Shown here one piece after another: positions 10,440 to 20,782 of a stretch of 64,000 bases of DNA. The translations under genes were made by a program, and so were the position numbers. How positions within the stretch are numbered: the first letter of the stretch is position 1; each line of letters begins with the position of its first letter. The notes under the pieces are model-generated. The model was not told the origin of the DNA. It ran no database searches and was given only the letters and a program-made list of their open reading frames with translations. Source of the stretch: Candidatus Microgenomatus sp. (GTDB lineage: Bacteria; Patescibacteriota; Minisyncoccia; UBA6257; GWB1-50-10); assembly GCA_020724805.1 (NCBI GenBank), contig DYGI01000001.1, positions 303,157 through 367,156 on the forward strand. The letters are read 5' to 3'.

Positions 10440-11289
10440 ACGTTTTATATTTCTTTTATTCGCGCTTCTCGCGGTTCTCAATGTATGGCTTTTCCGCGCG
10501 CTTGGCGCGGGTTCCTCATCCGATATCTCCGTGTCGTTTCTTGATGTAGGTCAGGGAGATGCGGCGCTCATTGCGCTTGAGAATGACGTACAAATTCTTA
10601 TCGACGGTGGTCCCCCAAACGGGAAACTTGTCGGAGAGCTTGGGGAAATGATGCCTGCGCACGATCGCACGATAGAGCTTGTTATTCTCACACATCCCGA
10701 ACTGGACCACTATGGCGGCTTTATTCCGCTCCTCGAGCGCTACGAAGTAAAAGTATTCGCCGATGCGGGAGTGAAGAAGGAAATCGAGGCGTACGAAATG
10801 CTTGAGCGGCTCATTGCGGAAAAAAATATTCGCCGCGTGGTTTTAAGAGAAGGAGATCGCATACGGTACGGTTCGCATATTTTTTCGATACTTTCTCCCG
10901 ACAATGCGCGTGCCGAATCGAACGCAAAAAACGATACTAGTATAGTGCTCACATTCGAAACGAATGGAGCGCGATTCCTTTTTACGGGGGATATCAGCGT
11001 TGATGTTGAACGAGCGCTCGTACCAGCGCTTACGGCGCCATACGATGTTTTGAAGGTTTCGCACCACGGTTCAAAGTTTTCATCCGCGGCCGAATTTCTC
11101 GCGGCGGTCCGGCCAACGCTTGCCACCATAGGAGTGGGGGAAAATTCATATGGCCATCCGACCTCCGAGGCGCTCTCGCGGCTCACATCGAGCGGTGCAC
11201 GCGTATATCGCACCGACCGTGATGGCACGGTCACGGTTCGCGTTGCGGACCGTGCGTTGCGGGTTTTTGCCGAACAAAAAGAGAGGTGA
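10432..11289 (+). CDS. ComEC-type metallo-beta-lactamase-fold nuclease (separate gene)
   Basis: FLDVGQGDA, LTHPELDHYGG, LFTGD, KVSHHGS, YGHP. Confidence 0.9.
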   Translation: MRKRFIFLLFALLAVLNVWLFRALGAGSSSDISVSFLDVGQGDAALIALENDVQILIDGGPPNGKLVGELGEMMPAHDRTIELVILTHPELDHYGGFIPLLERYEVKVFADAGVKKEIEAYEMLERLIAEKNIRRVVLREGDRIRYGSHIFSILSPDNARAESNAKNDTSIVLTFETNGARFLFTGDISVDVERALVPALTAPYDVLKVSHHGSKFSSAAEFLAAVRPTLATIGVGENSYGHPTSEALSRLTSSGARVYRTDRDGTVTVRVADRALRVFAEQKER

Positions 11290-11303
11290 TATCATCACAT
11301 CAT

Positions 11304-12764
11304 ATGGAACGGACGCTCATACGGGATATTCCCACGAAAGAAGGGGAGGAAATCATATTGAAGGGGTGGGTCGATACGAGGCGCGACCACGGCAAACTCA
11401 TATTCATCGACCTTCGGGACCGCACTGGCATTGCGCAGGTGGTGTTGAAGGATGCGGTGGAGCATGCGGGTGATATTCGAAACGAGGACGTCATTGAACT
11501 TCGTGGAAGCGTGAAAGCGCGTCCCGAGGGTATGGTGAATGAAAAACTTCCGAATCATTTGGGGCACTACGAGGTGCAGGCGAGCGCATTTTCGTTCCTT
11601 AACCGGCGTGCAGGGGAGGGACTTCCAGTGCCATTGGAGGGAGACGGATATGACGTGAATGAGGAGGTTCGCATGCAATACCGCTATGTGGACCTGCGTC
11701 GCGCGCGGCTTCAAAAAAACCTTCGCAATCGCTCAAAAGCCACGCAATTCATAAGGAATTTCCTTGCCGAGAGAGATTTTACCGAGGTGGAAACGCCGAT
11801 TCTTACGAAATCCACGCCGGAAGGCGCGCGCGACTACCTCGTGCCTTCTCGTCTCTATCACGGGAAGTTTTATGCGCTCCCGCAGGCGCCTCAGCAGTAC
11901 AAACAATTGCTTATGGTCGCGGGGCTTGAGCGATATTTTCAAATCGCTCGATGTTTTCGCGATGAAGACACGCGCGGCGACCGCCAACCCGAGTTCACAC
12001 AGTTGGACCTCGAGATGAGTTTCGTGGCGCGCGAAGACGTCATGGCGCTCAATGAAGAACTGCTTATCGCGCTCGTCGAGACACTTTATCCCGGAAAGCG
12101 CATTCAAGAAAAACCATTTCCGCGTCTCTCGTATACTGACGTGGTGAAAAAATACGGCACGGATCGGCCCGATCTCCGTGCGGATAAGAACGATCCTAAC
12201 CTTCTCGCATTCGCGTGGATAATAGACTTTCCCTTTTTCGAACGGGTTCCACCCGTTCGTCCCGAGCGAAGTCGAGGGATGAGCCCTTCGACAGACTCAC
12301 CACAAACTTCTAAGGAGGTTTGGACCTTCACGCACAATCCGTTTTCCGCACCCAAACCCGAATTCATGGCCGACCTGCTTGCGGGAAAAAATGTCGGCGA
12401 CATTCTCACGTCGCAGTACGATGTGGTTTTGAACGGGTGGGAGATCGGCGGAGGGAGCATTCGGAATCACGAGTCGCGCGCGCTGGAGGCAGTGTTTAAT
12501 ATTCTCGGTTTTACCGCGGAACGTATCAAAGCGAACTTCGGTCACATGCTTGAAGCACTTTCGCTCGGCGCGCCGCCGCATGGCGGTATCGCGTGGGGAT
12601 TGGATCGTGTGGTGATGCTCCTTGAGAATGAACCGAACATCCGTGAAGTCATCGCGTTTCCGAAAACCGGCGATGGACGTGACCCGATGATGGATTCTCC
12701 GTCGGAGGTGGAAAAAGAACAGTTGGAAGAACTTGGATTGGAGATAAAAAAGAAAAAGAGATAA
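11304..12764 (+). CDS. aspS: Aspartate--tRNA ligase, compact form with a repeat-derived insert
   Basis: FIDLRD, TPEGARDYLVP, CFRDED.RGDRQPEFTQLD, GAPPHGGIAWGLDR. Confidence 0.95.
   Translation: MERTLIRDIPTKEGEEIILKGWVDTRRDHGKLIFIDLRDRTGIAQVVLKDAVEHAGDIRNEDVIELRGSVKARPEGMVNEKLPNHLGHYEVQASAFSFLNRRAGEGLPVPLEGDGYDVNEEVRMQYRYVDLRRARLQKNLRNRSKATQFIRNFLAERDFTEVETPILTKSTPEGARDYLVPSRLYHGKFYALPQAPQQYKQLLMVAGLERYFQIARCFRDEDTRGDRQPEFTQLDLEMSFVAREDVMALNEELLIALVETLYPGKRIQEKPFPRLSYTDVVKKYGTDRPDLRADKNDPNLLAFAWIIDFPFFERVPPVRPERSRGMSPSTDSPQTSKEVWTFTHNPFSAPKPEFMADLLAGKNVGDILTSQYDVVLNGWEIGGGSIRNHESRALEAVFNILGFTAERIKANFGHMLEALSLGAPPHGGIAWGLDRVVMLLENEPNIREVIAFPKTGDGRDPMMDSPSEVEKEQLEELGLEIKKKKR
12259..12299. repeat. 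REP-like palindromic element (family 2) inside aspS
   Basis: GTCCCGAGCGAAGTCGAGGG-ATGAG-CCCTTCGACAGACTCA; related motifs at 7248, 19003 and 43541. Confidence 0.7.
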
Positions 12765-12772
12765 AAATAATC

Positions 12773-13375
12773 ATGGCAAACAAAAAAGAACGAACGCTGG
12801 TCATCATCAAACCCGACGGCGTGCAGCGCGGACTCATTGGAGAAGTTATTCAACGGTATGAACGCACGGGGCTGAAGCTCGTAGGGCTCAAAATGGTGAT
12901 TGTGGATGAGGCGCTGGCTGAAAAACACTATCTTGTTGATCCGGAGTGGAAGAGAAAATCTGGACAGAAAACCATCGATTCGTATCTCAAAAAAGGATTA
13001 ACACCGCCCTCCGACGATCCTGAGAAGGTCGGAGATATCACTTTGGGGAAATTAAGGAAATTTATGACTTCAGGGCCGGTGGTTGCGATGGTGTGGCAAG
13101 GGATGCATGCGGTGGGAGTAGTGAGAAAGATAACGGGAGGCACCGAGCCGCTTACGTCGGATGTCGGCACCATCCGCGGGGATTTTACCGTCGATTCGTA
13201 TGAGGTTTCGGACGAGGACAACCGTGCAACACGCAACATTGTGCATGCGTCGGGGTCCGCGGAGGAGGCGGAGAAGGAAATTTTGCTTTGGTTCAAGCCG
13301 GAGGAGCTCTTGAGCTACCGTCTTGTCGGCGACGCCATCCTCTATGACGTCAACTTAGACGGAATTTTGGAATAG
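12773..13375 (+). CDS. ndk: Nucleoside-diphosphate kinase
   Basis: ERTLVIIKPDGVQRGL, GTIRGDF, RNIVHASGS. Confidence 0.95.
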   Translation: MANKKERTLVIIKPDGVQRGLIGEVIQRYERTGLKLVGLKMVIVDEALAEKHYLVDPEWKRKSGQKTIDSYLKKGLTPPSDDPEKVGDITLGKLRKFMTSGPVVAMVWQGMHAVGVVRKITGGTEPLTSDVGTIRGDFTVDSYEVSDEDNRATRNIVHASGSAEEAEKEILLWFKPEELLSYRLVGDAILYDVNLDGILE

Positions 13376-13427
13376 CTGTCAAATACTTATCCACTTTGGT
13401 CGGTTTCGGCGGGAGTATAATGGTGGT

Positions 13428-13556
13428 AGGAAGTCCTGCTTTTAGATTCCGGATCAAATAAATTTGAAATGGGATTCTTAATCGTCCCGACCTGTGGGGA
13501 GGGACTGCGGAAACCCACGTAGATCAGAAGCCGGGAATCATGAGGTAGAACTTCCT
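13428..13556 (+). ncRNA. Candidate structured ncRNA, 6S-like
   Basis: TATAAT at 13416-13421; 5' AGGAAGT/CTGCTTT/GATTCCGG can pair with 3' CCGGGAATC/GAGGTAG/ACTTCCT; terminator hairpin at 13560-13589. Confidence 0.5.
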
Positions 13557-13646
13557 GTTAAAAATCACGTGCGCAGCACGCGATTTTTTGTACGTTCGGC
13601 CTGTTGGCCTCAGTACTTCCTCACCTGCGTTTGTCAGTTTGTTTTG

Positions 13647-13717
13647 TCGGGCCGCCGGGAATTGAACCCGGTCTACATGCACCCCATGCATGCGTACTGC
13701 CGGTATACTACGGCCCG
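13647..13717 (-). tRNA. tRNA-Pro(GGG)
   Basis: Minus strand CGGGCCGTAG..CATGC-ATGGGGT-GCATG..GGTTCAATTCC..CGGCCCGA; CCA not encoded. Confidence 0.92.
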
Positions 13718-13758
13718 TGAACGGAGCGAAAATATGCTAAAAGTATATTTTTGCGAAG

Positions 13759-13848
13759 TGAGCGGGACGCATGCGAAGCATACGGCCCGAAATGATTTAC
13801 GCAATCATTCTTTCTGAATGAGCGGGACGCATGCGAAGCATACGGCCC
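13759..13848. repeat. Two identical 30-bp direct repeats with a 30-bp spacer next to tRNA-Pro
   Basis: TGAGCGGGACGCATGCGAAGCATACGGCCC at 13759-13788 and 13819-13848. Confidence 0.9.
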
Positions 13849-13955
13849 AACACATTTTCCTGTTTCCATCCTACCTCATCGCTTCTTGTGTTCGCAATGG
13901 GGAGATAGTAGGGTAGAGTGAGCAATTTACATCACCACTACCCACAGGAGGGAAT

Positions 13956-14135
13956 ATGGAAGAACGCGATAACCCGCCCGCAAAAAAGGAGCGGACGCTT
14001 CGTGGGAAGGGAAAGATTTTCGATGTTCTCTTTCGTTGGCCGCTCCTTCCCGAAGAGCCACTGGAAGCAGTTCTAAAATCGTTAAGGAAAAAAAGGAGGA
14101 AGTTGTTGGTGCGCCTCGGATTCTTGGATACATGA
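13956..14135 (+). CDS. Small basic hypothetical protein (59 aa)
   Basis: AGGAGG SD upstream; MEERDNPPAKKERTL...LGFLDT*; followed by a bidirectional hairpin at 14153-14187. Confidence 0.5.
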   Translation: MEERDNPPAKKERTLRGKGKIFDVLFRWPLLPEEPLEAVLKSLRKKRRKLLVRLGFLDT

Positions 14136-14177
14136 GGCGAATGGGGAGAAACAAAAAAGGAGCGCCGATGCGCTCCT

Positions 14178-14390
14178 TTATTTTTTTACTGCTTTCTTCC
14201 TCGCCGGCTTCCGCGTGATGGTGCGCAAGCACCGAGTGCAGAGGAGCACTCGTTTGCCGGAAATATAAGAACGCGTCCACTGAAGGTTGGCCTTCTTCTG
14301 CCCGTACGTGGTCGGGTTATAGTGGCCGCGAAGAAGCTTTCGAGTGCCACCTCCTTTATACGATTTTCCGCACCGAGCACATTCGCGCAT
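14178..14390 (-). CDS. rpmB: 50S ribosomal protein bL28 (Zn-binding type)
   Basis: MRECARCGK...KANLQW...CTRCLRT. Confidence 0.85.
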   Translation of the reverse strand: MRECARCGKSYKGGGTRKLLRGHYNPTTYGQKKANLQWTRSYISGKRVLLCTRCLRTITRKPARKKAVKK

Positions 14391-14457
14391 AGTAATGGGA
14401 AGAATAGCGAGGTGTGCGCGAGGTGTCAATAATGGTCCGTTAATATATGATGGACGT

Positions 14458-15078
14458 ATGGAAATCGTGTTTTCTGTTATCGTGCTCGTGTTTTCTGTGG
14501 TCATCCACGAAGTTTCGCACGGCGTGGTGGCCGAGAAACTTGGTGACCCGACCGCGCGGCTTGCGGGGCGGCTTACGTTGAATCCATTGAAGCATTTGGA
14601 TCCTTTCGGATCGGTTATTCTTCCGCTTCTCCTTTCTCTTCTCCCCGGCGGTGTTATTTTCGGGTGGGCGAAACCGGTACCATATGACCCGAGGAATCTT
14701 CGACATCCGGCGCGTGATGGCGCGTTGGTCGCTGCCGCCGGGCCAGTATCTAATCTCGCGCTCGCGCTTGTGTTCGGCCTTCTTTTCCAATTTTTTTCTC
14801 CGGGACCGGGAGAAACTGCAGTGGTGAACGAACTATTTCCTGCGCTTTTGGCGCAGATAGTCATCGTGAACGTTTTTCTTGCTGTCTTTAATCTTGTACC
14901 TATCCCGCCCCTCGACGGCTCCAAGGTGCTTTTTTGGCTTCTTCCCGACTCCACCCATGAATTCCGCATATTTCTCGAGCGATACGGGTTCTTTATTCTC
15001 CTTTTTTTCATTTTCTTCGGTATCCAGGTTATCGTGCCGGTGGTGCTTCGCATTGTCTCCTTCTTCTTGGGCGTCTAG
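14458..15078 (+). CDS. Site-2 protease (M50) family protein
   Basis: HEVSHG, GDPTARLAGRLTLNP, FNLVPIPPLDG. Confidence 0.93.
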   Translation: MEIVFSVIVLVFSVVIHEVSHGVVAEKLGDPTARLAGRLTLNPLKHLDPFGSVILPLLLSLLPGGVIFGWAKPVPYDPRNLRHPARDGALVAAAGPVSNLALALVFGLLFQFFSPGPGETAVVNELFPALLAQIVIVNVFLAVFNLVPIPPLDGSKVLFWLLPDSTHEFRIFLERYGFFILLFFIFFGIQVIVPVVLRIVSFFLGV

Positions 15079-15188
15079 TTGATGGTTCAAAATATTCGCC
15101 ATCAATACTGAGCGGAAAAAGTGCGAAGTATTGACCGATTTTAGCTTCCCTTATATACTTTCCCACGCGTGGAAGCACGCATTTTTTG

Positions 15189-15608
15189 ATGCCCACAGTC
15201 AATCAACTCATCAAAAAAGGACGCTCCAAATCGTCCGGGAAGGATAAAACCCCGGCGCTTGGTTATTATTTCAATTATCTTAAGAATCGCCCGGTGAACT
15301 CGCCCTCGCCTTTCAAGCGGGGAGTATGCGTGAAGGTGTTTACCACCACGCCGAAAAAACCGAACTCCGCGCTCCGGAAGGTCGCGCGCGTTCGCCTTAC
15401 GAATGGCATGGAAGTTACGGCGTACATTCCGGGAGAGGGCCACAATCTTCAGGAACACTCGGTCGTTATGATCCGCGGAGGCCGTGTGAAGGACCTTCCC
15501 GGTGTCCGTTATCACATTGTGCGTGGGGTACTCGATACGCAGGGCGTGACAGCGCGCAAACAGCAGCGCTCGAAATATGGGGCAAAGGTGGCCAAAGCGG
15601 CAAAATAA
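15189..15608 (+). CDS. rpsL: 30S ribosomal protein uS12
   Basis: [22 protein letters not shown]. Confidence 0.98.
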   Translation: MPTVNQLIKKGRSKSSGKDKTPALGYYFNYLKNRPVNSPSPFKRGVCVKVFTTTPKKPNSALRKVARVRLTNGMEVTAYIPGEGHNLQEHSVVMIRGGRVKDLPGVRYHIVRGVLDTQGVTARKQQRSKYGAKVAKAAK

Positions 15609-15611
15609 AGT

Positions 15612-16082
15612 ATGAGAAGGAAGAACTTCAAGCGCCCCACTCTTAGCGTCGACCCATCCTATGACCGGACGGACATCGGTCGTTTTGTGAACTATGTGAT
15701 GGAAGACGGAAAGAAATCAGTGGCGGAAGAGATCGTATACAATGCGTTTGCGAAGGTGAAGGAGGAAACAAAAGAAGACCCGGTGAAAGTGTTTGAGCGC
15801 GCGATGGAGAATGCAACTCCACTTGTGGAAGTGGTGTCGCGGCGTGTCGGTGGTGCGAACTATCAGATTCCGCAGGAAGTGCGGCCGGAGCGAAAATTCT
15901 ATCTTGCGACCCATTGGATTATCGCCGCGGCGCGCGCGAAGAAAGGGAAGCCGATGGCGGACCGTCTCGCGGAAGAGCTCATGCTCGCCGCAAAGAATGA
16001 AGGGACCGCGATCAAAAAGAAGCAGGACATGCACCGCATGGCGGAAGCGAACCGCGCATTCGCAAGTTTGCTTCGCCGGTAA
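15612..16082 (+). CDS. rpsG: 30S ribosomal protein uS7
   Basis: RRVGGANYQIP, HRMAEANRAFA. Confidence 0.97.
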   Translation: MRRKNFKRPTLSVDPSYDRTDIGRFVNYVMEDGKKSVAEEIVYNAFAKVKEETKEDPVKVFERAMENATPLVEVVSRRVGGANYQIPQEVRPERKFYLATHWIIAAARAKKGKPMADRLAEELMLAAKNEGTAIKKKQDMHRMAEANRAFASLLRR

Positions 16083-16088
16083 TCTCAT

Positions 16089-18197
16089 ATGGCACGACAG
16101 TATCCAATGGAGCGGGTGCGTGATTTCGGTATCATCGCGCACATTGACGCGGGGAAAACCACCGTTTCGGAGCGGGTACTTTTTTATACCGGCGTTTCCC
16201 ACAAGATCGGCGAGGTGCACGAAGGCGATACGGTGATGGACTGGATGGAGCAGGAGCGCGAACGCGGTATCACTATCACGTCGGCGGCGACGACCTGTTT
16301 CTGGACGCCGACGTACGCGGCAGGCGATAAATCGAAGGAACACCGTTTCAATCTTATTGATACTCCGGGTCACATCGACTTCACCGTGGAGGTGAAGCGC
16401 TCGCTTCGCGTGCTCGACGGTGCGGTCGTCGTGTTCGACGGAGTTGCGGGCGTAGAACCGCAGTCGGAGACCAACTGGCGTTATGCGGACGAGTACCATG
16501 TGCCGCGTCTGTGCTTCATCAATAAATTGGACCGGATGGGAGCGAACTTCGACCATGATATTCAATCCATCAGAGAACGACTCACCACGAATCTTGCGAT
16601 TCTTCAGCTCCCCATCGGCATTGAAGGGACATTCGAGGGAGTGGTGGATCTTTTGACTCGCGCCGCATATCGCTTTGAGGGAGAGCGCGGTGAAAAGATA
16701 GTGAAGGGCGAAATTCCCGAAGACATGAAGGAAAAGGTGGAGAAATACCGCCATGATCTCATCGAGCGCATCGCGGAAACCGACGACAAATTGCTCCACT
16801 CATATCTCGAAGGAAAAGAGCCGACGCTTGAAGAATTGAAGAAGGCGCTCCGTGCGGCGACTTTGAAAGTACGCTTGGTGCCCGTGCTCTGCGGCTCGGC
16901 GCTCAAGAATAAAGGGGTGCAGTTGGTGTTGGATGCGGTGGTGGATTATCTTCCGTCGCCACTGGATGTGCCGCCAGTGAAGGGCATAAACCCCGAAACG
17001 CACGCCGAGGAGGAGCGAAAACCTTCCGACGATGAACCTCTAGCGGCGCTCGCGTTCAAAATCGCGGCGGACCCGTTCGTCGGTTCTTTGACTTATTTCC
17101 GCATTTATTCGGGAGTGATGAAGCGCGGAAGCTACATTTTGAATTCGGTGAAAAATGAACAGGAGCGCGTGGGCCGTATTATGCGGATGCACGCGAACCA
17201 CCGTGAAGAAGTGGAAGAAATTTACGCGGGAGATTTGGGCGCCATCGTAGGACTTAAGAACACCACGACCGGCGATTCACTCGTGGATCCCGCAAAGCCG
17301 ATTATTCTGGAAAAAATCACGTTCCCCGAACCGGTTATTACTATCCGCATTGAGCCGAAGACGAAAGCCGACCAGGAAAAAATGGGTATCGCACTTCACC
17401 GTCTTGCGGAAGAGGACCCGACGTTCCGCGTGTCGGGAGATGCGGACACCGGGGAAACGCTTATTGCCGGTATGGGCGAGCTCCACTTGGAAATCATCGT
17501 GGACCGCATGAAGCGGGAATTCAATGTGGAAGCGAATGTCGGTCGGCCGCAGGTGGCGTACAAAGAAACCATCAAAGGCAAGGCGGATGCGGAAGGGAAA
17601 TATATTCGCCAGTCGGGCGGTAAGGGTCAATACGGTCATGTGAAGATAAAAATTGAGCCGATGGAACGTGGTAAGGGTTATGAGTTTGTGGATGAGATCA
17701 AGGGTGGTGCCATCCCGCAGGAATTCATCGCGCCGGTGGAGAAAGGATTGGAAGAGGCCATCGCGAAGGGTGTGCTCGCTGGGTACCCAATGACTGACTT
17801 GAAGGTGACGCTCTACGATGGTTCGTACCACGACGTGGACTCCTCGGAATTTGCGTTCAAGATTGCGGCATCCATGGCGCTTCAGGAAGCGGCGAAGCAG
17901 GCGAAGACGGTGCTCCTTGAACCCATCATGAAGGTGCAAGTTATCGCGCCTGACCAATTCTTGGGCGACGTGACCGGCGACCTTTCCTCGCGCCGGGCAA
18001 AAATCACGGCGATGGGGGAGCGCGGTATGGCGCGCGTGGTGGATGCGGATGTGCCGCTCGCTGAGATGTTCGGGTACGTAACGAACTTGCGGTCTATGAC
18101 GCAAGGACGCGGGTCATTCACCATGGAATTCAGTCACTACGATGAAGTGCCGGGGAATGTGGCGACTGCGGTGATTGAAGGGAGAACGAAAAAGTAA
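16089..18197 (+). CDS. fusA: Elongation factor G
   Basis: [30 protein letters not shown]. Confidence 0.98.
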   Translation: MARQYPMERVRDFGIIAHIDAGKTTVSERVLFYTGVSHKIGEVHEGDTVMDWMEQERERGITITSAATTCFWTPTYAAGDKSKEHRFNLIDTPGHIDFTVEVKRSLRVLDGAVVVFDGVAGVEPQSETNWRYADEYHVPRLCFINKLDRMGANFDHDIQSIRERLTTNLAILQLPIGIEGTFEGVVDLLTRAAYRFEGERGEKIVKGEIPEDMKEKVEKYRHDLIERIAETDDKLLHSYLEGKEPTLEELKKALRAATLKVRLVPVLCGSALKNKGVQLVLDAVVDYLPSPLDVPPVKGINPETHAEEERKPSDDEPLAALAFKIAADPFVGSLTYFRIYSGVMKRGSYILNSVKNEQERVGRIMRMHANHREEVEEIYAGDLGAIVGLKNTTTGDSLVDPAKPIILEKITFPEPVITIRIEPKTKADQEKMGIALHRLAEEDPTFRVSGDADTGETLIAGMGELHLEIIVDRMKREFNVEANVGRPQVAYKETIKGKADAEGKYIRQSGGKGQYGHVKIKIEPMERGKGYEFVDEIKGGAIPQEFIAPVEKGLEEAIAKGVLAGYPMTDLKVTLYDGSYHDVDSSEFAFKIAASMALQEAAKQAKTVLLEPIMKVQVIAPDQFLGDVTGDLSSRRAKITAMGERGMARVVDADVPLAEMFGYVTNLRSMTQGRGSFTMEFSHYDEVPGNVATAVIEGRTKK

Positions 18198-18293
18198 CGA
18201 CGCGGGTATTGTCAAAACAGCACGCGGGTGCTATTTTATTTTTCAGCTGCTTCGAAGTTTTTCTCCAACTCAAGAACAGAAAGGAGGTCAGTA

Positions 18294-18728
18294 ATGGAAG
18301 ATGCAATATCGCGCAGGCATTGGTCTGTGCGCCTTCACCGCGCAAAAACGGCAACGCGTGCTTTCCAACTTCTCGCGCAGGCGGATGCTGCAGGAATGCT
18401 CGCGTGGGATTGCGATCTCGAGCGGGAAAATGAAAAGACGCGGAAGGTGACGACCGCCCTTATGACAAGGCGGATGAATATTTTTATCACTATCCGCGCG
18501 CCAAGTGCCCGCGCCATCCTCTTCGTAACGCTCCGTGGTGTGGTGTGCCGCTCACGCAGGGTCCGATGGGAAAGAAGGCATATGGTTGCTCTCTCGCGCG
18601 ATCCCGCGCTTTGGAAGGCGGCGAATGGATTTTTTGAGAAAATCCGCGACCGCGCCATTGAACTAAATCTCAAAATTTTGAGCGGTCTCGCGGAAGAGCA
18701 GCGAACATCCTGCGCCGCCTTGAACTAA
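18294..18728 (+). CDS. Hypothetical protein between fusA and tuf
   Basis: AAGGAGG SD, 144-aa ORF, downstream hairpin. Confidence 0.55.
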   Translation: MEDAISRRHWSVRLHRAKTATRAFQLLAQADAAGMLAWDCDLERENEKTRKVTTALMTRRMNIFITIRAPSARAILFVTLRGVVCRSRRVRWERRHMVALSRDPALWKAANGFFEKIRDRAIELNLKILSGLAEEQRTSCAALN

Positions 18729-18759
18729 GGCGGCGCTTATTTTTTGGTATAATACCGAT

Positions 18760-19476
18760 ATGAAGCATTTTCTTGTGTTCGGGATTGCGTGCGTGTTAGT
18801 GTTCCCTGCAGTGGTCGGCGCCCAAGGGGAGGCCTTCGCACTTCCCGATCCCGGCGCCCTCCCCGATAGTCCATTCTACTTTTTGAAATCCTGGCGCGAG
18901 GGTGTCCAACTTTTCTTCACGTTCAACGCGGAAAAGAAAGCGGAGCAATACCTTCACCTAGCCGAGGTACGTCTCGCGGAGTACGAGAAGATGCTGGAGA
19001 AGGCCCTTCGACCGGCTCAGGGTGAGTCCGCGGAGCGAACTCAGGCGAAGTATGAGCAAATAGCGGAACGGACGCTCGAAAAGTACGAGAATCAACTGGA
19101 ACGCGCACTCACAAAAGCGGAGGAGCTGAAAGCAGAAGGAGATGTTGTGGCGGACGAGTTGAAACGGGAAGTCGAAGAGACAGCGACGAAACACCTCAAA
19201 GTACTTGAGCGTAATTTGGAGAAAGTGTCCGAGTCCGCGAAGCAGGGCATTGAGCGTGCACTTGAAGCGTCCAAAAAACAGCTTGAGAAGCTGGACGATA
19301 TTTTCGGCGACGAGTTCGACGACTTATTCGAGGATATCGATGAGGACAATATGGAGGATATGGATATCGACGATGTGGATGCGGATGATGACGATGAAGT
19401 GGAAGAGTTGAATGATCTTTTGGACGACACCGGGTTGGAAGATGAGCTCGACAGTCTTCTTGAGGGTCTGGAATAA
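18760..19476 (+). CDS. Secreted DUF5667-type protein with acidic tail
   Basis: Signal peptide, PGALPDSPFYFLK..E motif, coiled coil, D/E-rich C-terminus. Confidence 0.75.
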   Translation: MKHFLVFGIACVLVFPAVVGAQGEAFALPDPGALPDSPFYFLKSWREGVQLFFTFNAEKKAEQYLHLAEVRLAEYEKMLEKALRPAQGESAERTQAKYEQIAERTLEKYENQLERALTKAEELKAEGDVVADELKREVEETATKHLKVLERNLEKVSESAKQGIERALEASKKQLEKLDDIFGDEFDDLFEDIDEDNMEDMDIDDVDADDDDEVEELNDLLDDTGLEDELDSLLEGLE

Positions 19477-19577
19477 GGGGGTTGACACTATTTGTGGGAT
19501 ACGCGAGTATATCTAGGCCAATTGATGGCCTCCTTAAAGTCGAAAAGGAGGTAAATATTTTCTCGTAAGAAAACAGT

Positions 19578-20777
19578 ATGGCAGAGAAAGCAAAGTTTGA
19601 ACGAACGAAGCCCCACGTGAACGTGGGGACCATCGGGCACGTTGACCACGGCAAGACCACTCTTACCGCGGCGATGACGCACGTGCTCTTCATGAAAGGT
19701 CTGACGAAGAAAGAGGAGAAGGTGGATCAGATAGACAACGCGCCGGAAGAAAAAGCGCGTGGTATCACCATCGCTCTTCACCACTCGGAATATGAATCCG
19801 AGAAGCGCCACTACGCGCACATCGACGCGCCTGGTCACGCGGACTACATCAAAAACATGATTACGGGTGCCGCCCAAATGGATGGCGCCGTGCTTGTGGT
19901 ATCCGCCGCCGACGGTCCGATGCCGCAGACGCGTGAGCACATCCTGCTTGCTCGTCAGGTAGGCGTGCCGGCCATCGTGGTCTTCTTGAACAAAGTGGAC
20001 ATGGTGGACGACAAGGAGCTTGTGGACCTCGTGGAATCCGAGGTGCGCGAACTCTTGAAGAAATACCAGTTCCCGGGCGACACGACCCCCATTATTCGCG
20101 GGTCGGCCCTGAAGGCGCTTGAGGCAAAGTCGGCGGACGACGAAGCGGCGAAGCCGATCCTTGAGCTCGTAAAAGCGCTCGACGAGTTCGTGCCGGAACC
20201 GGTGCGCGAGAAGGATAAACCGTTCCTTATGCCTATCGAGGACATTTTCTCCATCGAAGGCCGTGGCACCGTTTGCACGGGCCGTGCGGAACGTGGGGTG
20301 CTTAAAGTGAACGACGAAGTGGAAATCATCGGTATTCGCCCCACCCAAAAAACGGTGGTAACGGGCATCGAAATGTTCCAGAAAACTTTGGACGAGGCGC
20401 AGGCCGGCGACAACGTCGGTATCCTCCTCCGTGGTTTGAAGAAGGAAGACGTGGAGCGCGGACAGGTCATTGCAAAGCCCGGTTCGGTTACGCCCCACAC
20501 TGAATTTGAAGCGGAAGTATACGTGCTCTCCAAAGAAGAGGGAGGCCGTCACACCCCATTCTTCAAGGGTTACAAGCCGCAGTTCTACATTCGTACCACG
20601 GACGTCACCGGTGAGGTCATCCTTCCCGCGGGCGTTGAGATGGTAATGCCGGGCGACACCGTATCTATCTCGGTGAAACTCATCGCGCCCGTCGCGCTCG
20701 AAGAAAAGCAGCGCTTCGCAATCCGTGAAGGCGGTAAGACGGTGGGTGCCGGTGCGGTCACGAAGATCCTTAAGTAA
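19578..20777 (+). CDS. tuf: Elongation factor Tu
   Basis: [32 protein letters not shown]. Confidence 0.99.
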   Translation: MAEKAKFERTKPHVNVGTIGHVDHGKTTLTAAMTHVLFMKGLTKKEEKVDQIDNAPEEKARGITIALHHSEYESEKRHYAHIDAPGHADYIKNMITGAAQMDGAVLVVSAADGPMPQTREHILLARQVGVPAIVVFLNKVDMVDDKELVDLVESEVRELLKKYQFPGDTTPIIRGSALKALEAKSADDEAAKPILELVKALDEFVPEPVREKDKPFLMPIEDIFSIEGRGTVCTGRAERGVLKVNDEVEIIGIRPTQKTVVTGIEMFQKTLDEAQAGDNVGILLRGLKKEDVERGQVIAKPGSVTPHTEFEAEVYVLSKEEGGRHTPFFKGYKPQFYIRTTDVTGEVILPAGVEMVMPGDTVSISVKLIAPVALEEKQRFAIREGGKTVGAGAVTKILK

Positions 20778-20782
20778 TCACA

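Noticed and set aside
13388-13396. DnaA-box-like TTATCCACT suggesting oriC
   Set aside because: Single imperfect box with no cluster and no dnaA/dnaN nearby
13428-13556. RNase P RNA or tmRNA identity for the structured RNA
   Set aside because: Too short and lacks a convincing P4 helix or tRNA-like ends
13759-13848. CRISPR array
   Set aside because: Only two repeats, no cas genes in the window, hairpin spacers and tRNA-derived repeat ends; kept as an unexplained repeat
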